Of a DNA stretch of 64,000 nt, positions 1 through 11,442 are shown piece by piece (position 1 is the first letter of the stretch; every line of letters begins with the position of its first letter). The translations under genes and the position numbers were made by a program. Below the pieces are notes generated by a model. That model was not told the DNA's origin. It saw only the letters and a program-made list of their open reading frames with translations, and did not search any database. The stretch covers positions 3,502,201-3,566,200 of the forward strand of contig NC_092679.1 in assembly GCF_964355755.1 (NCBI RefSeq). Reading direction: 5' to 3'. Source of the DNA: Antedon mediterranea (Eukaryota > Animalia > Echinodermata).

Positions 1-547
1 AATGACATGATGGCCAATCAAATACTCTTTTTACAGTAGTAGGACTGGCTCTCTTACAGGCTAGGCCTACGTGTACCAGCATATAAAACAATTTTATTCG
101 AGATTGCAGCATTTATTTAGCTTGGCATTGTAAATGAAAGCCACTGACACTGAAAATGATTAACATTTAGGCCTACTCATTATTTATTATAATATTTTAG
201 AGATTAAAAATAAAAAGAGTTTTAAACTTTTACTTTTTACCGTACTGTATACTAATAGTAATACAAGTGGTGTGTTGTAATGATGATATTTAAACTTTAC
301 TTTAATATTAACTTTCACTTTTCAAATTTGTGAATGTAAAATGTGCATTTTTGCTAATATAACCAGCATTTTATATTTTTTGTAATTGTATTTGTAATCT
401 TACCTTTTAAATGCTTTATATATAATATTTTATTTTTTAAAATTAAATCGACTCATATTCTTTTTCAATTTGGATCATTAGACAAACTAAATAGAATCTT
501 AAATATTTTTTTTTCCAGATTTAACTTTGAACCCATCTTTTACAAGT

Positions 548-3500
548 ATGTCAAGAAAAATGTCGTCTCTAGGTAATTACAAGTTCAACACATTGGCCGT
601 GTCGCAACCAACCAATTTTGTTTACCAAGTCGAGCTCAACAGGCCCGAAAAAAGGAATGCCATGAACAGATTGTTCTGGAAGTAAGAGATATTGCGAATA
701 AAATTACTTTCACACTGTACCTAAATTCTGTCAGGTGGTGGGTAAAAACTGTGGGTTTGCACCAAGAGATATTGAGAGTAAAGTTACATTCACACTGAAC
801 CTAAATCCTGTCAGGTGGTGGGTGAAAACTGTGGGTTTACACCAAGAGATATTGAGAGTAAAGTTACATTCACACTGAACCTAAATCCTGTCAGGTGGTG
901 GGTGAAAACTGTGGGTTTACACCAAAAGATATCGCAAGTAAATTTACATTCACACTGAACCTAAATTCTGTCAGGTGGTGGGTAAAAACTGTGGGTTTGC
1001 ACCAAGAGATATTGAGAGTAAAGTTACATTCACACTGAACCTAAATCCTGTCAGGTGGTGGGTGAAAACTGTGGGTTTACACCAAAAGGTATCGCAAGTA
1101 AATTTACATTCACACTGAACCTAAATTCTTTCAGGTGGTGGGTAAAAACTGTGGGTTTGCACCAAGAGATATTGAGAGTAAAGTTACATTCACACTGAAC
1201 CTAAATCCTGTCAGGTGGTTGGTGAAAACTGTGGGTTTATACTAAGAGATATTGCAAGTAAAGTTACATTCACACTGAAGCTAAATCCTGTCAGGTGGTG
1301 GGTGAAAACTATGGGTGTACACCAAGAGATATTGCAAGTAAAGTTACATTCACACTGAAGCTAGATCCTGTCAGGTGGTGGGTGAAAACTGTGGCTTTAC
1401 ACCAAGAGATATTGCAAGTAAAGTTACATTCACACTGAAGCTAGATCCTGTCAGGTGGTGGGTGAAAACTGTGGGTGTACACCAAGAGATATTGCGCGTA
1501 AACCTGTGTTCACACTGCGCCATGTCTTTTACGCTGCAGTACGTTTTGTAATGAATCCAACATTTATTTAATGTGAACGGTTCCATTTTCTGACCAGGAT
1601 CCAAATTCAGTTGCAGTCTCAAATTGGTTATGTGGAAACAACGGCCAGCAGCAGAGGAAGATATTACTGATGTTGTTCACAGATTTATCCCATAAATATT
1701 AATAAAATGTGTTTTTTTTACAGAGAATTCACAGAGTGCTTTGATACGATAGCCCACGATCCTGACTGCAGGGTAGTTATCCTGTCTGGTGCAGGCAAAG
1801 CTTTTACTGCAGGTACAGTTATAGGCATGTCATACTAATACACCATACAATACATACTGTAATAGTACCACACTCGCCTAGGTTAAGGTGCTAATGCGCT
1901 TTTGATGTTGCGAGTGTTAATAAATCCAAAGGCAAATCCAAACAGTGCCAATTTTTGCCTTTTTACCATTAAAAACACATTCCGAATAACAGACTTTCCA
2001 GAAAATCAGACATACTTGGCCAGCCCATAGGTGTTCGGTATTGGTAGAGTTGACTGTATATTATTTACAGCTGCAGTACTATATACTATTGTTATAAATA
2101 GGTCTTGATATCATGGACCATTCTGAGTTGCTAATAAGAGATGAAGATGTTGATATTGGACGGGCAGCTTTCCAAATAAGGAAAACTGTAGCAGAATTGC
2201 AAAAAACATTTTTAAGTATTGAAAATGTAAGTGGCATATGTTATTTTAATCACACTTTGCTAATTATTGTATATAGAGTTTATTGCACAAAGCTTCTAAG
2301 CGCTTCACATTATTAGTAATCAGCACATAGTTGTGTCTTAATCTAACCATTTATACACCTGGGTGGAGAGAGGCAAATGTAAGTATAAGTATCTAATAGT
2401 CCATCTATTTTTGGAACATCTCTACAAATGGTCTGAATTTACTAAGATTGAGAGAAACATCTTACAGTTTACACTGTATGCATTGCTTTAAGGGCTGCTG
2501 TTTTTATAAATCCTAAAGTGGATTGTTGAAAAATTGTTACATTTATAACATTTATAATACAGTATGTGTGTATGTTTTCTTTCAGTGTCCTAAACCAGTA
2601 ATTGCGACAATACACGGTGCTTGCGTTGGGGGCGGTATTGATATGATATCAGCGTGTGACATGAGATATTGTACTTCTGATGCATGGTTTCAAATAAAGG
2701 TTAGTTTTAATTTGGCAGAATTTTTTTCCATTGAGAAGATGCTTTTTTTTTAGCTGGTGGGTTATTATCAAGCAATATTGAATAGCATACTGACAGGTAT
2801 TCTACACTATCAAGCATGTATGACATAATATGCCCAAATATGGTAGTAGTGATATGACATCATCGTGTCCATATATGGGCACAAACAATTTTTTGTCACA
2901 TAAAGCTGATAGTGTAGACAGAACTTTAGACAGGTACTTTATTAAAAGGTGGCTATTTGAACTATTTCAGGAAATTGACTTAGGAATAGCTGCAGATTTG
3001 GGTACATTGCAATGGATGCCCAAGATTGTTGGAAGCCATAGCTGGGTCAGAGAACTTGCTTTAACAGCACGTAAGTTCCTTCCGGATGAAGCCAAAGAAT
3101 TTGGATTTGTGAGGTAAGTTTTTTATAATTTAGTCAAATTTTCATAAGCGAAAATTCTTTCACTGTCCTTCTTGAAGGTGGCAATAAAAATTGTCTTTGT
3201 TTTTTTCATGAGAGAAATTCCTGACACCTGACACAAATTGAGCCCAAGACCCTGTTATCACAACTCCTTATTGTGTTAATTACTAGGTGTAGTCTTATGT
3301 GAAAAATGTGCAGTCAACAGAAAGGACAACAAGCTGTAAATAATAAAAATATAAACTAATTACTGCAGTAAAAAATTATAAGTACAGTGATAAAACAACA
3401 TCAATACTTTTTTTTCAGCCGGATATTTGGTGACAGAGAAGAGATGATTAAAGAGGCTATGACAGTTGCTGAGACAATAGCATCAAAAAGCCCAGTGGCC

Positions 3501-4375
3501 GTACAGGGAACAAAGATTAACTTGAATAACTCCAGAGATAAGTCTGTTAAAGAAGGACTTGATAGTATGGTACGTAAAGCTATGTCTACACTATCAAACA
3601 AAATGTGATGTGCCCATATATGGACATGATGACATCATATCACTACCATATTTGGGGATATCAATACCAGATTTGTGTACATCACACATTTTTTTGGCAA
3701 ACTAGTTTGATAGTGTAGACAGAGCTTAACTAGACACAGAATCACTTACTGTAGATGTTTGTTGTTTAAAGGTGGGCTTATCACCAAACAACATAACAAG
3801 TTATGTCAACATGCAACTCAAATTAACACAAAATATGTCGTACATACATGCAGTTGAGTTGAGTCAAGTTCTTTTTGTGAAAAAGCATGGGTAACCATGA
3901 CCGACTAAAGGTTGTTTAGGATTAGGTAACCTTGGCTGATCACATAGCAACATATATATCTTTTATTGTATTTGTTATTATTTATTTATACTGGGTGACC
4001 TCCTCATTCAAAGACTGTTCTCCCAGAGGGCCAGTTTAATCAGTGGCTGTTATGTACTATTAGTACACCCATAACCCCCTACTTGTCTCAAAAGATGTAC
4101 TAGGTTCTTTAATGTGCACATGAGTTACAGTAGATGTGTACAATGGACCTATGGTTTATAGCCCTTATCCGAGAAGACTTGTTTACCACCATGGAGCGAG
4201 TGAGCCTCGAACCCTTGCTGATGGCTACGTAATTACCGTTCTACTGTCCTAAACACTTGGCAACATATTGTCTTAACAGGTTCTATGGAACACTTCGATG
4301 CTTCAGTCAGAAGATGTCATGAAATCAGCCATGGCAGCAATGCAGAAAGAAACACCCGTGTTTTCAAAACTTTAG
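548..4375 (+). CDS. ECH1: Delta(3,5)-Delta(2,4)-dienoyl-CoA isomerase (crotonase family); exons approx. 519-681, 1724-1812, 2102-2226, 2586-2699, 2971-3113, 3419-3569, 4280-4375
   Basis: GT-AG exons splice in frame: ..[82 protein letters not shown]-terminal SKL is a peroxisomal PTS1. The frame is open upstream of ATG 548, so an earlier coding exon may exist. Confidence 0.92.
682..1518. repeat. 80-bp minisatellite, about 10.5 copies, in an ECH1 intron
   Basis: Unit accaagagatattgagagtaaagttacattcacactgaacctaaatcctgtcaggtggtgggtgaaaactgtgggtttac recurs at 761, 841, 921, 1001 and onward with period 80. Confidence 0.95.
3960..4264 (-). mobile_element. tRNA-derived SINE with Deu/Nin-like central domain
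   Basis: Minus strand: tRNA-like head (ttgccaagtgtttaggac..ggttcgaggc), then cggataagggctataaaccataggtcc..cacattaaagaacc..cttttg..agtagggg, which resembles the recalled DeuSINE core, then an A-rich tail. Confidence 0.6.
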
Positions 4376-5042
4376 ATTTCTCACCAGAGAGAGGCACTGG
4401 TTCTTAAGAAGCGACAGAGGTATCAAATAATTCCAGTGATTAATTTATAGTAATGTTGACAATTTTTATGTTAAGCGTACAAGACAAGAGGATATTCAGG
4501 AGAGAATATTTGTATATTATAATCAATAACATAAACACACAGGCAAAAAGCTCAAACATTACAATACTAATTTTACAAAATTAAATACAGTACTGTATTA
4601 TAATTTTTGTGTTAAAGTAAACTTTATTTAACTCTAAAACCAGTATGTACATAATTACATTGTGAAAATATATAGTTGCTGTAATTAGGCAACCTGACAT
4701 AAATTTTAATATAGCAAAAAAAAGTGAATCACAGTCAGGCAGTCATAAAAGCTGAATGAGATTGTTAAATAAACCAGGATTTGCGATAATCTGTCTATTA
4801 TTCCTTAAATTTACAGTTATGTAGTTTACTTTGTAATATTGTTAATATAGAAACGACATTCATTAACACACAAATAAAAGACCAAAGCTTTGTCTACACT
4901 ATCAAACTAGTTTGATAAAAAAATTGTGATGTACCCAAATATGGTATTGATATGACATCATCATGTCCATATATACATACAGTTTGGTAGTGTAGACAGA
5001 GCTTTAAAGTAGACAACATAGGTAGGTTGGCAGAGGGGGTTC

Positions 5043-8000
5043 TTATGTTTCGTCAACTGACATCAAAGAAGCATAGTCTCTGTACAGGATGACTCCTTTA
5101 TCTGGATCCACTGCTGCGGACAACATTTCTTCCAGCTCTTCTGGTGTAAATGGTTCTCCTGTAAAAAATTTCATAGAAATAAAAGATCAACAATTTACAT
5201 AAAATATATACATTTATTGATTATACAACTTTTAAGGGTAACTCCAGTTTAGGGGTAAATTGGGGAAATTTTAAACCTGTTTTTTCAAATGCACCTCACC
5301 TTCCTCTGTTATATATTTTGTGATGTCCTCGGTAGTTAGATGACCTTTACGTTCACTGTCCAAAACCTCAAACGCCTTTAATAATTTATCTTCAGGAGCA
5401 GGTTTGTATCTATGATGAAAAATCAATAGTTTAGAATTGTATAGGCCACAGAAAACTAGGAAATTTGTGAATAATGCTACTTTAGAATCACTTAAGCTCT
5501 GTCTACACTATCAAACTAAAAAAGTGTGATGTACCCAAATATGGTATTGATATCCCCAAATATGGTATGGTAGTGATATGATGTCATCGTGTCCAGGGCA
5601 CATCATATTTTTTTGTCTTATTAAGTTTGATACTGTAGACAGAGCTTTAGGAAAATCTGAAGTTTGTGACAGACACTGGGGTTACAGTATTTGTATGATG
5701 TGAGTGTAAAGTGTCTTTCACACCTGTTCCGCCACGGTTCTGGTCCGGTATGATGTGTATAAGAAGGCATGATTTAGAGAAATTCCAAATTACTGGTAGA
5801 AGTTTTCCTACCTGCTAAAAACCTAATCCTGCTAACAATAATAATTTACAAATAGCCAATGTAAACAAGTCTCTTCTATCTAATTGTAATATAACATTTT
5901 CTACAGGGTACAGCATAGAGATATTATAGTGAACTATAATATCTCTATGGGTACAGTTAGTAAAATTACGATATGTAACAATGTAGACAGGTTCCATTTC
6001 TCAAAAAACGGCCTAGAAAACGAATCAAGAAGCATTTTTGGGTAGAAGCTGGGATCCACTTGGTTTAGGATATTTCGACCTCGCTGATTACGAATATGGC
6101 GGATCCCAAGCGAAATTCGGCCATCTAAGCCCTTAATTTGCATAATTAAAAATGGCGGCCATTTTTTATAATTACCCTATATCTCGAGAACCACTAGTCA
6201 CAGATAATTAATTTTGGTGTCAAAATGTTTTAAATATATGGTTTTATATTCACTTTAATGACACATTTTCTCAAAAAATTGATGCAAGTCGTATTTCTGA
6301 CATTTTGACCTTTGACCTTGATTTATCGTATCTCAGTAACCAATAATCGGAGAGACACGAAATAGGGCTCAAATTGTTCAGAAACTATACATTCATATTT
6401 ATTATAATGAAATGTTTTTACAAAAAATGGCCGATTCTACAACTATTGACCTTTGAACTATTAGTCAAATATAATAATATAATAATAATATAACTTTGAA
6501 AATTGTGGTCTTATGAATTTTTTTTTCTTTTTAAATTGTTTAAAACATGTGTGTTTCTATCCAGTCTAATGGCATATTTTGTACAAGAATGGCCGATAGT
6601 ATGGTTATTGACCTTTTAACTACAGCATAGGCCTACTGTATACTAAATATAATATAATTGCATAACTATGAAATTATTTATACACAATAATAATTAGTAA
6701 CATTATAAAATTCACTGCCATCAAATATGATGTGTTATGATTTATATAGATTTAAAAAGGAATTTGAATACGCAAGTTACATTTTTTGAAATTTGAAATT
6801 TGAAATTACCTGCCATCAATATGATGGAGTGTGCTTATAGATTTTCTAAAATGTGAACATGTCAGCTACATTTGGAAATTACCTGCCATCAATATGATGG
6901 ATTATGATTATAGATTTAAATAAAAATTTGAACACGTAACCTACATTAGAAAATTACCTGCTATCAATATGATGGATTATGATTATAGATTTAAAAAAGA
7001 ATTTGAACACGTCAGCTACATTTGGAAATTTGGAAATTACCTGCCATCAATATGATGGATTATGATTGTATAGTACCTGCCATCAATATGATGGATTATG
7101 ATTATAGAATTAAAAAAGAATTTGAACACGTCAGCTACATTTGGAAATTGGGAAATTACCTGCCATCAATATGATGGATTATGATTATAGATTTTAAAAA
7201 GAATTTGAACACGTAAGCTACATTTGGAAATTTGGAAATTACCTGCCATCAATATGATGGATTATGATTGTATAGTACCTGCCATCAATATGATGGATTA
7301 TGATTATAGATTTAAAAAAGAATTTGAACACGTAAGCTACATTTGAAAATTACTTGCCATCAATATGATGGATTATGATTGTATAGATTTAAAAGAAAAT
7401 GTGAACACGTACGTAAGCTACATTTGGAATGAACATGTTAAGGGCATCAGTTAAGATCATTCATGCAAAGGTTTCCGTCATCTTTAGCGTTGTTACAGCG
7501 GCATAAAGCTGTACATGGTAGTTTTGACTTCTTGCACCTACATCTATTGGCAGGTTATGTATCGTGTCTTGCATCCACAATAAATCATCTCTAACGAAGC
7601 AGTAGGAATAGCTTCATTTTTCAGAAGCACTGGTTGAAGTTTACCATTAGATAGCTCCCAACCAAAATATGTTGGTGATGGCAAATGCTGGATTGGCGAT
7701 ACAGCTTTTTTCCATACGAGTGCTTGGAAGTGTGCTCTTTTTATATGTTGGTGCACTGCATCGCTTGTTGGAGGTAATGCCTTTTTTTTTTAAAGCCTAA
7801 CTTTATTGGTACTTTTAACTTGACCAACACCGTAAACGTAGCAAATGAATCTTTCCGATTTCATAATAACTTGGTCACTGATAGGTTTTCTCCCAGGTCT
7901 TTAATTAGTTCATACCTTTTTTTAATACTTCCCATGCCGATGCCTTTGAGTGACCACTTAGATATGAGCAGCGAAGAGTTAAATTACTGTATGTAGGTAT

Positions 8001-10982
8001 TAATATAATTTAACTCTTCCCTGGATATGAGGTAGTATCGCATCCACTAATAGTGTGGAATGGAATCAGTGCTTTTGCAGAACCCTCGGGCAAGGCTTGA
8101 AAAATGTCTTTTATAGATACTTTCTTTTTTTGGATGTCCCTGTCATCATCCATTTGGATACCATGCTTTGGTAGTGAGACACTAGAATCACTAGTACGTC
8201 TGTATCCCTAGAAGCAACTACAACTGTGTCGTATCGGACATTGGCAGCATGACAAGTCTCGTGTCCGATTCTTCATGGTCTGACCAGAGACAACGTATTC
8301 GTGTACAATTTTGATGATTTAACAACTGATTCTTTCATAAATCCACCAGCTGTGACAATTTCTTTGTCTATAGGAGCTTGACGAATCAACTCCTCTGATA
8401 GAAATCGTGTCAGATCTGCATTATTATCTTGTAATGCCAACAAGTTTGACCAGCAATTTGGCAGCGGTATTTCACCACTTTCTATAATTCGACGAATTGG
8501 TCTCTGTGTTTTGGTTCATTTTTGTCTGGTGGTGTCCTTTATCGACAGTTTTAAGTTAGGCATGCCATGTTTAAAAAAAAAAAAATTACCTCCAACAAGC
8601 GATGCAGTGCACCAGCATCATATAAAAAGAGCACACTTCCAAGCACTCGTATTGAAAAAAGCTGTATCGCCAATCCAGCATTTGCCATCACCAACATATT
8701 TTGGTTGGGAGCTATCTAATGGTAAACTTCAACCAGTGCTTCTGAAAAATGAAGCTATTCCTACTGCTTCGTTAGAGATGATTTATTGTGGATGCAAGAC
8801 ACGATGCATAACCATATAGATGTAGGTGCAAAAAGTCAAAACTACCATGTACAGCTTTAATATGCTACTGTAACAACGCTAAAGATGACGGAAACCTTTG
8901 CATGAATGATCAAAACTGATGCCCTTAACATGTTCATTCCCAATGTAGCTTACGTGTTCACTATTCTTTCAAACCTATACAATTATAATCCATCATATTG
9001 ATGGCAGGTAATTTCCAAATTTCCAAATGTGGCTGACGTGTTCAAATTCTTTTTTAATTCTATAATCATAATCCATCATATTGATGGCTGGTACTATACA
9101 ATCATAATCCATCATATTGATGGCAGGTAATTTCCAAATGTAGCTGACGTGTTCAAATCCTTTTTTAAATCTATAATCATAATCCATCATATTGATGGCA
9201 GGTAATTTTCTAATGTAGCTTATGTGTTCAAATTCTTTTTTAAATCTATAATCATAATCCATCATATTGATGGCAGGTAATTTCCAAATGTAGCTGACAT
9301 GTTCACATTTTAAAAAATCTATAATCATACTCCATCATATTGATGGCAGGTAATTTTAAATTTCAACAAATGTAACTTGCGTGTTCAATTTTTTTTTAAA
9401 TCTATATAAATCATAACACATCATATTTGATGGCAGTGAATTTTATAATTTTACTAATTATTATTGAGTATAAATAATTTCATAGTTATGCAATTATATT
9501 ATATTATATTCAGTATACAGTAGGCCTATGCTGTAGTTTAAAGGTCAATAACCATACTATCGGCCATTCTTGTACAAAATGTGCCATTAGACTGTATAGA
9601 AACACACATGTTTTAAACAATTTAAAAAGAAAAAAAAATTCATAAGACCACAATTTTCAAAGTTATATTATTATTATATTATTATATTTGACTAATAGTT
9701 CAAAGGTCAATAGTTGTAGAATCGGCCATTTTTTGTAAAAACATTTCATTATAATAAATAAGAATGTATAGTTTCTGAACAATTTGAGCCCTATTTCGTG
9801 TCTCTCCGATTATTGGTTACTGAGATACGATAAATCAAGGTCAAAGGTCAAAATGTCAGAAATACGACTTGCATCAATTTTTTGAGAAAATGTGTCATTA
9901 AAGTGAATATAAAAACATATATTTAAAACATTTTGACACCAAAATTAATTATCTGTGACTAGTGGTTCTCGAGATATAGGGTAATTATAAAAAATGGCCG
10001 CCATTTTTAATTATGCAAATTAAGGGCTTAGATGGCCGAATTTCGCTTGGGATCCGCCATATTCGTAATCAGCGAGGTCGAAATATCCTAAATCAAGTGG
10101 ATCCCAGCTTCTACCCAAAAATGCTTCTTACATCATATTTCAGAGGAAATAGAACTTGTCTAATGACTCTGATTGGTTGACAATCTTACTTTCTTTCCAT
10201 AAGAATTCCTGTCATAATTGGCAAGAACTTATCAAATCTGATGTAGCCTGTTGGTTCCTCTTCTTCCATGTCTGCTAGCAGATCGTGGAGCTCGCCTTCA
10301 CTAGGACAACATCCAAGAGAACGAATTATAGTTCCAACTTCACGAACATCCACCGTTTTGTTACTTTCATGATCGAAAATGTCAAATGCATCACTTATTT
10401 TCTTCTGGATTTCAGCCAATAATGACTCTGTTATGTAATAATATAATAATAGTAAATACAATAATGAATGCAGTATAAAATATATACAAAGGTAAGAAGT
10501 AACAAAAGTACCGACGTTCACATAGACTCTAGAGTAGTACTAGTAGTAGTATATTTGGCCAAAAGAATCAAATTTGACTTTAAAACATGTTAGGCCTATA
10601 GGCCTATTATTTTTTTGGTTTACGATGACTTGATCGGTAACATTTGAAAGTGTATTTCGGGTCTAGAAGTGCTCCATATCATACAGTGAATTCACTTTTC
10701 CCTAATAAAATACTGAAAGCTGAATTTTTTTGCAACGAATACAGTAACAATCAAGCACAACTTTTTTGTATGCGCTGGTGTGTGACGTGTGACCGGATTT
10801 CTGTTATTTTTTTGGACAAAACAAAATCAAATCAAAGGCAATTTTACTATGAAATAAAATAATTGTTATAGGCCTAGTTTAATTGACTGATCCCCTATGT
10901 TTTTTTGTAAACAGTACTCAAAATAAAAACTGTATTTTCTAGGCCTACCAGCACTTTCTTTCTCATCAGCTTGAGTAGCCAT
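5043..10982 (-). CDS. EFCAB2: EF-hand calcium-binding protein 2 / dynein regulatory complex subunit 8; exons 10982-10949, 10427-10190, 5409-5300, 5158-5043
   Basis: Spliced translation MATQADEKESAESLLAEIQKKISDAFDIFDHESNKTVDVREVGTIIRSLGCCPSEGELHD..ERKYKPAPEDKLLKAFEVLD..EEGEPFTPEELEEMLSAAVDPDKGVILYRDYASLMSVDET*. All introns GT-AG with consistent phases. Confidence 0.92.
5496..5646. mobile_element. PIF/Harbinger-type MITE, representative of a family with at least 12 full or partial copies in the window
   Basis: TIR AGCTCTGTCTACACTATCAAA..TTTGATA(G/C)TGTAGACAGAGCT with TTA on both flanks. Other copies near 2800, 3578, 4886, 12824-14290 (interrupted), 14927, 15381, 16328, 37809, 41660, 52435, 52973, 54505 and 56100. 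Confidence 0.8.
6800..7430. repeat. Compound minisatellite (aaattacctgccatcaatatgatggattatgattatag..) in the transposon arm, mirrored at about 8940-9440
   Basis: Motif cctgccatcaatatgatgg recurs about 10 times; reverse-complement array in the right arm; explains repetitive ORF 8993-9328. Confidence 0.9.
7456..8540 (-). pseudogene. Frameshifted C-terminal remnant of an Academ transposase (XPG/PIN-like nuclease plus Cys-rich tail)
   Basis: Minus-strand fragments read DHEESDTRL, DTVVVASRDTDVLVILVSHY, PFHTISGCDTTSYPG; ORF 7544-7756 has an inverted duplicate in ORF 8511-8819. Confidence 0.7.
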
Positions 10983-11300
10983 CACACCAATTATTTGCTG
11001 TTGCTAAGGCTGAGCTTGGCAGGCAGCCGAGGCCTAGCTCCGGTCACACGCCCTCTCTCTCCCCAAAAAAACGCCACCACACACGTCACAAGTCGTTACG
11101 ATTTCTTTTGTTTTCAACATGCTTTTCATTGAAATTACCAGTCCATGCCCTAAATAGCGTGAAGTTGTTTAAAGCGACAATTTCTATTGGTCAATTGTCA
11201 AAGCGTTTATTAACACCAAAGTCGTGGACCAATAGAAAAAGAGCTTTGTCAACCACTTTACCCACGCTTTGCATTAATCTTTCCTCCATTTTGTTTTCGA
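10983..11300. promoter_or_regulatory. Bidirectional promoter region shared by EFCAB2 (-) and the hnRNP U-like gene (+)
   Basis: Divergent starts about 300-460 bp apart; opposed CCAAT boxes (ctattggtc near 11184, gaccaatag near 11227); YY1-like ccattttg near 11286 in a probable non-coding first exon ending at the gag|gtaagt donor near 11306. Confidence 0.6.
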
Positions 11301-11442
11301 TTAGAGGTAAGTGTGGTTTAGAGCGGTCTGATATTTTGTTGAAATTTATGCATTTTAATCTATAATTATTGAATTAAAAATTGTACTAATATATTTGTTA
11401 ATGTTTGTAGATTAAAGTGGACTAGAAATATAATCATTCAAA

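Larger units (their letters stand above)
5984..10162. mobile_element. Defective Academ-type DNA transposon with about 1.6-1.8-kb inverted arms, in EFCAB2 intron 2
   Basis: Termini TAGACAGGTTCCATTTC..GAAATAGAACTTGTCTA; 3-bp TSD ATG (5981-5983 and 10163-10165); arms about 6027-7803 and 8554-10128 are reverse complements. Internal decayed coding has XPG-like HEESDTR/DTDV/GCDT motifs and LPPTSDA..HIKRAHFQ..GW..CGCK..C. Confidence 0.8.

Noticed and set aside
682-1518. CRISPR-like regular array / ORF 1371-1622
   Set aside because: Units are contiguous with no unique spacers, there are no cas genes, and the context is a eukaryotic intron; it is a minisatellite.
8993-9328. Repetitive ORF (LPAINMMDYDY)n
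   Set aside because: Translation of the minisatellite inside the transposon arm.
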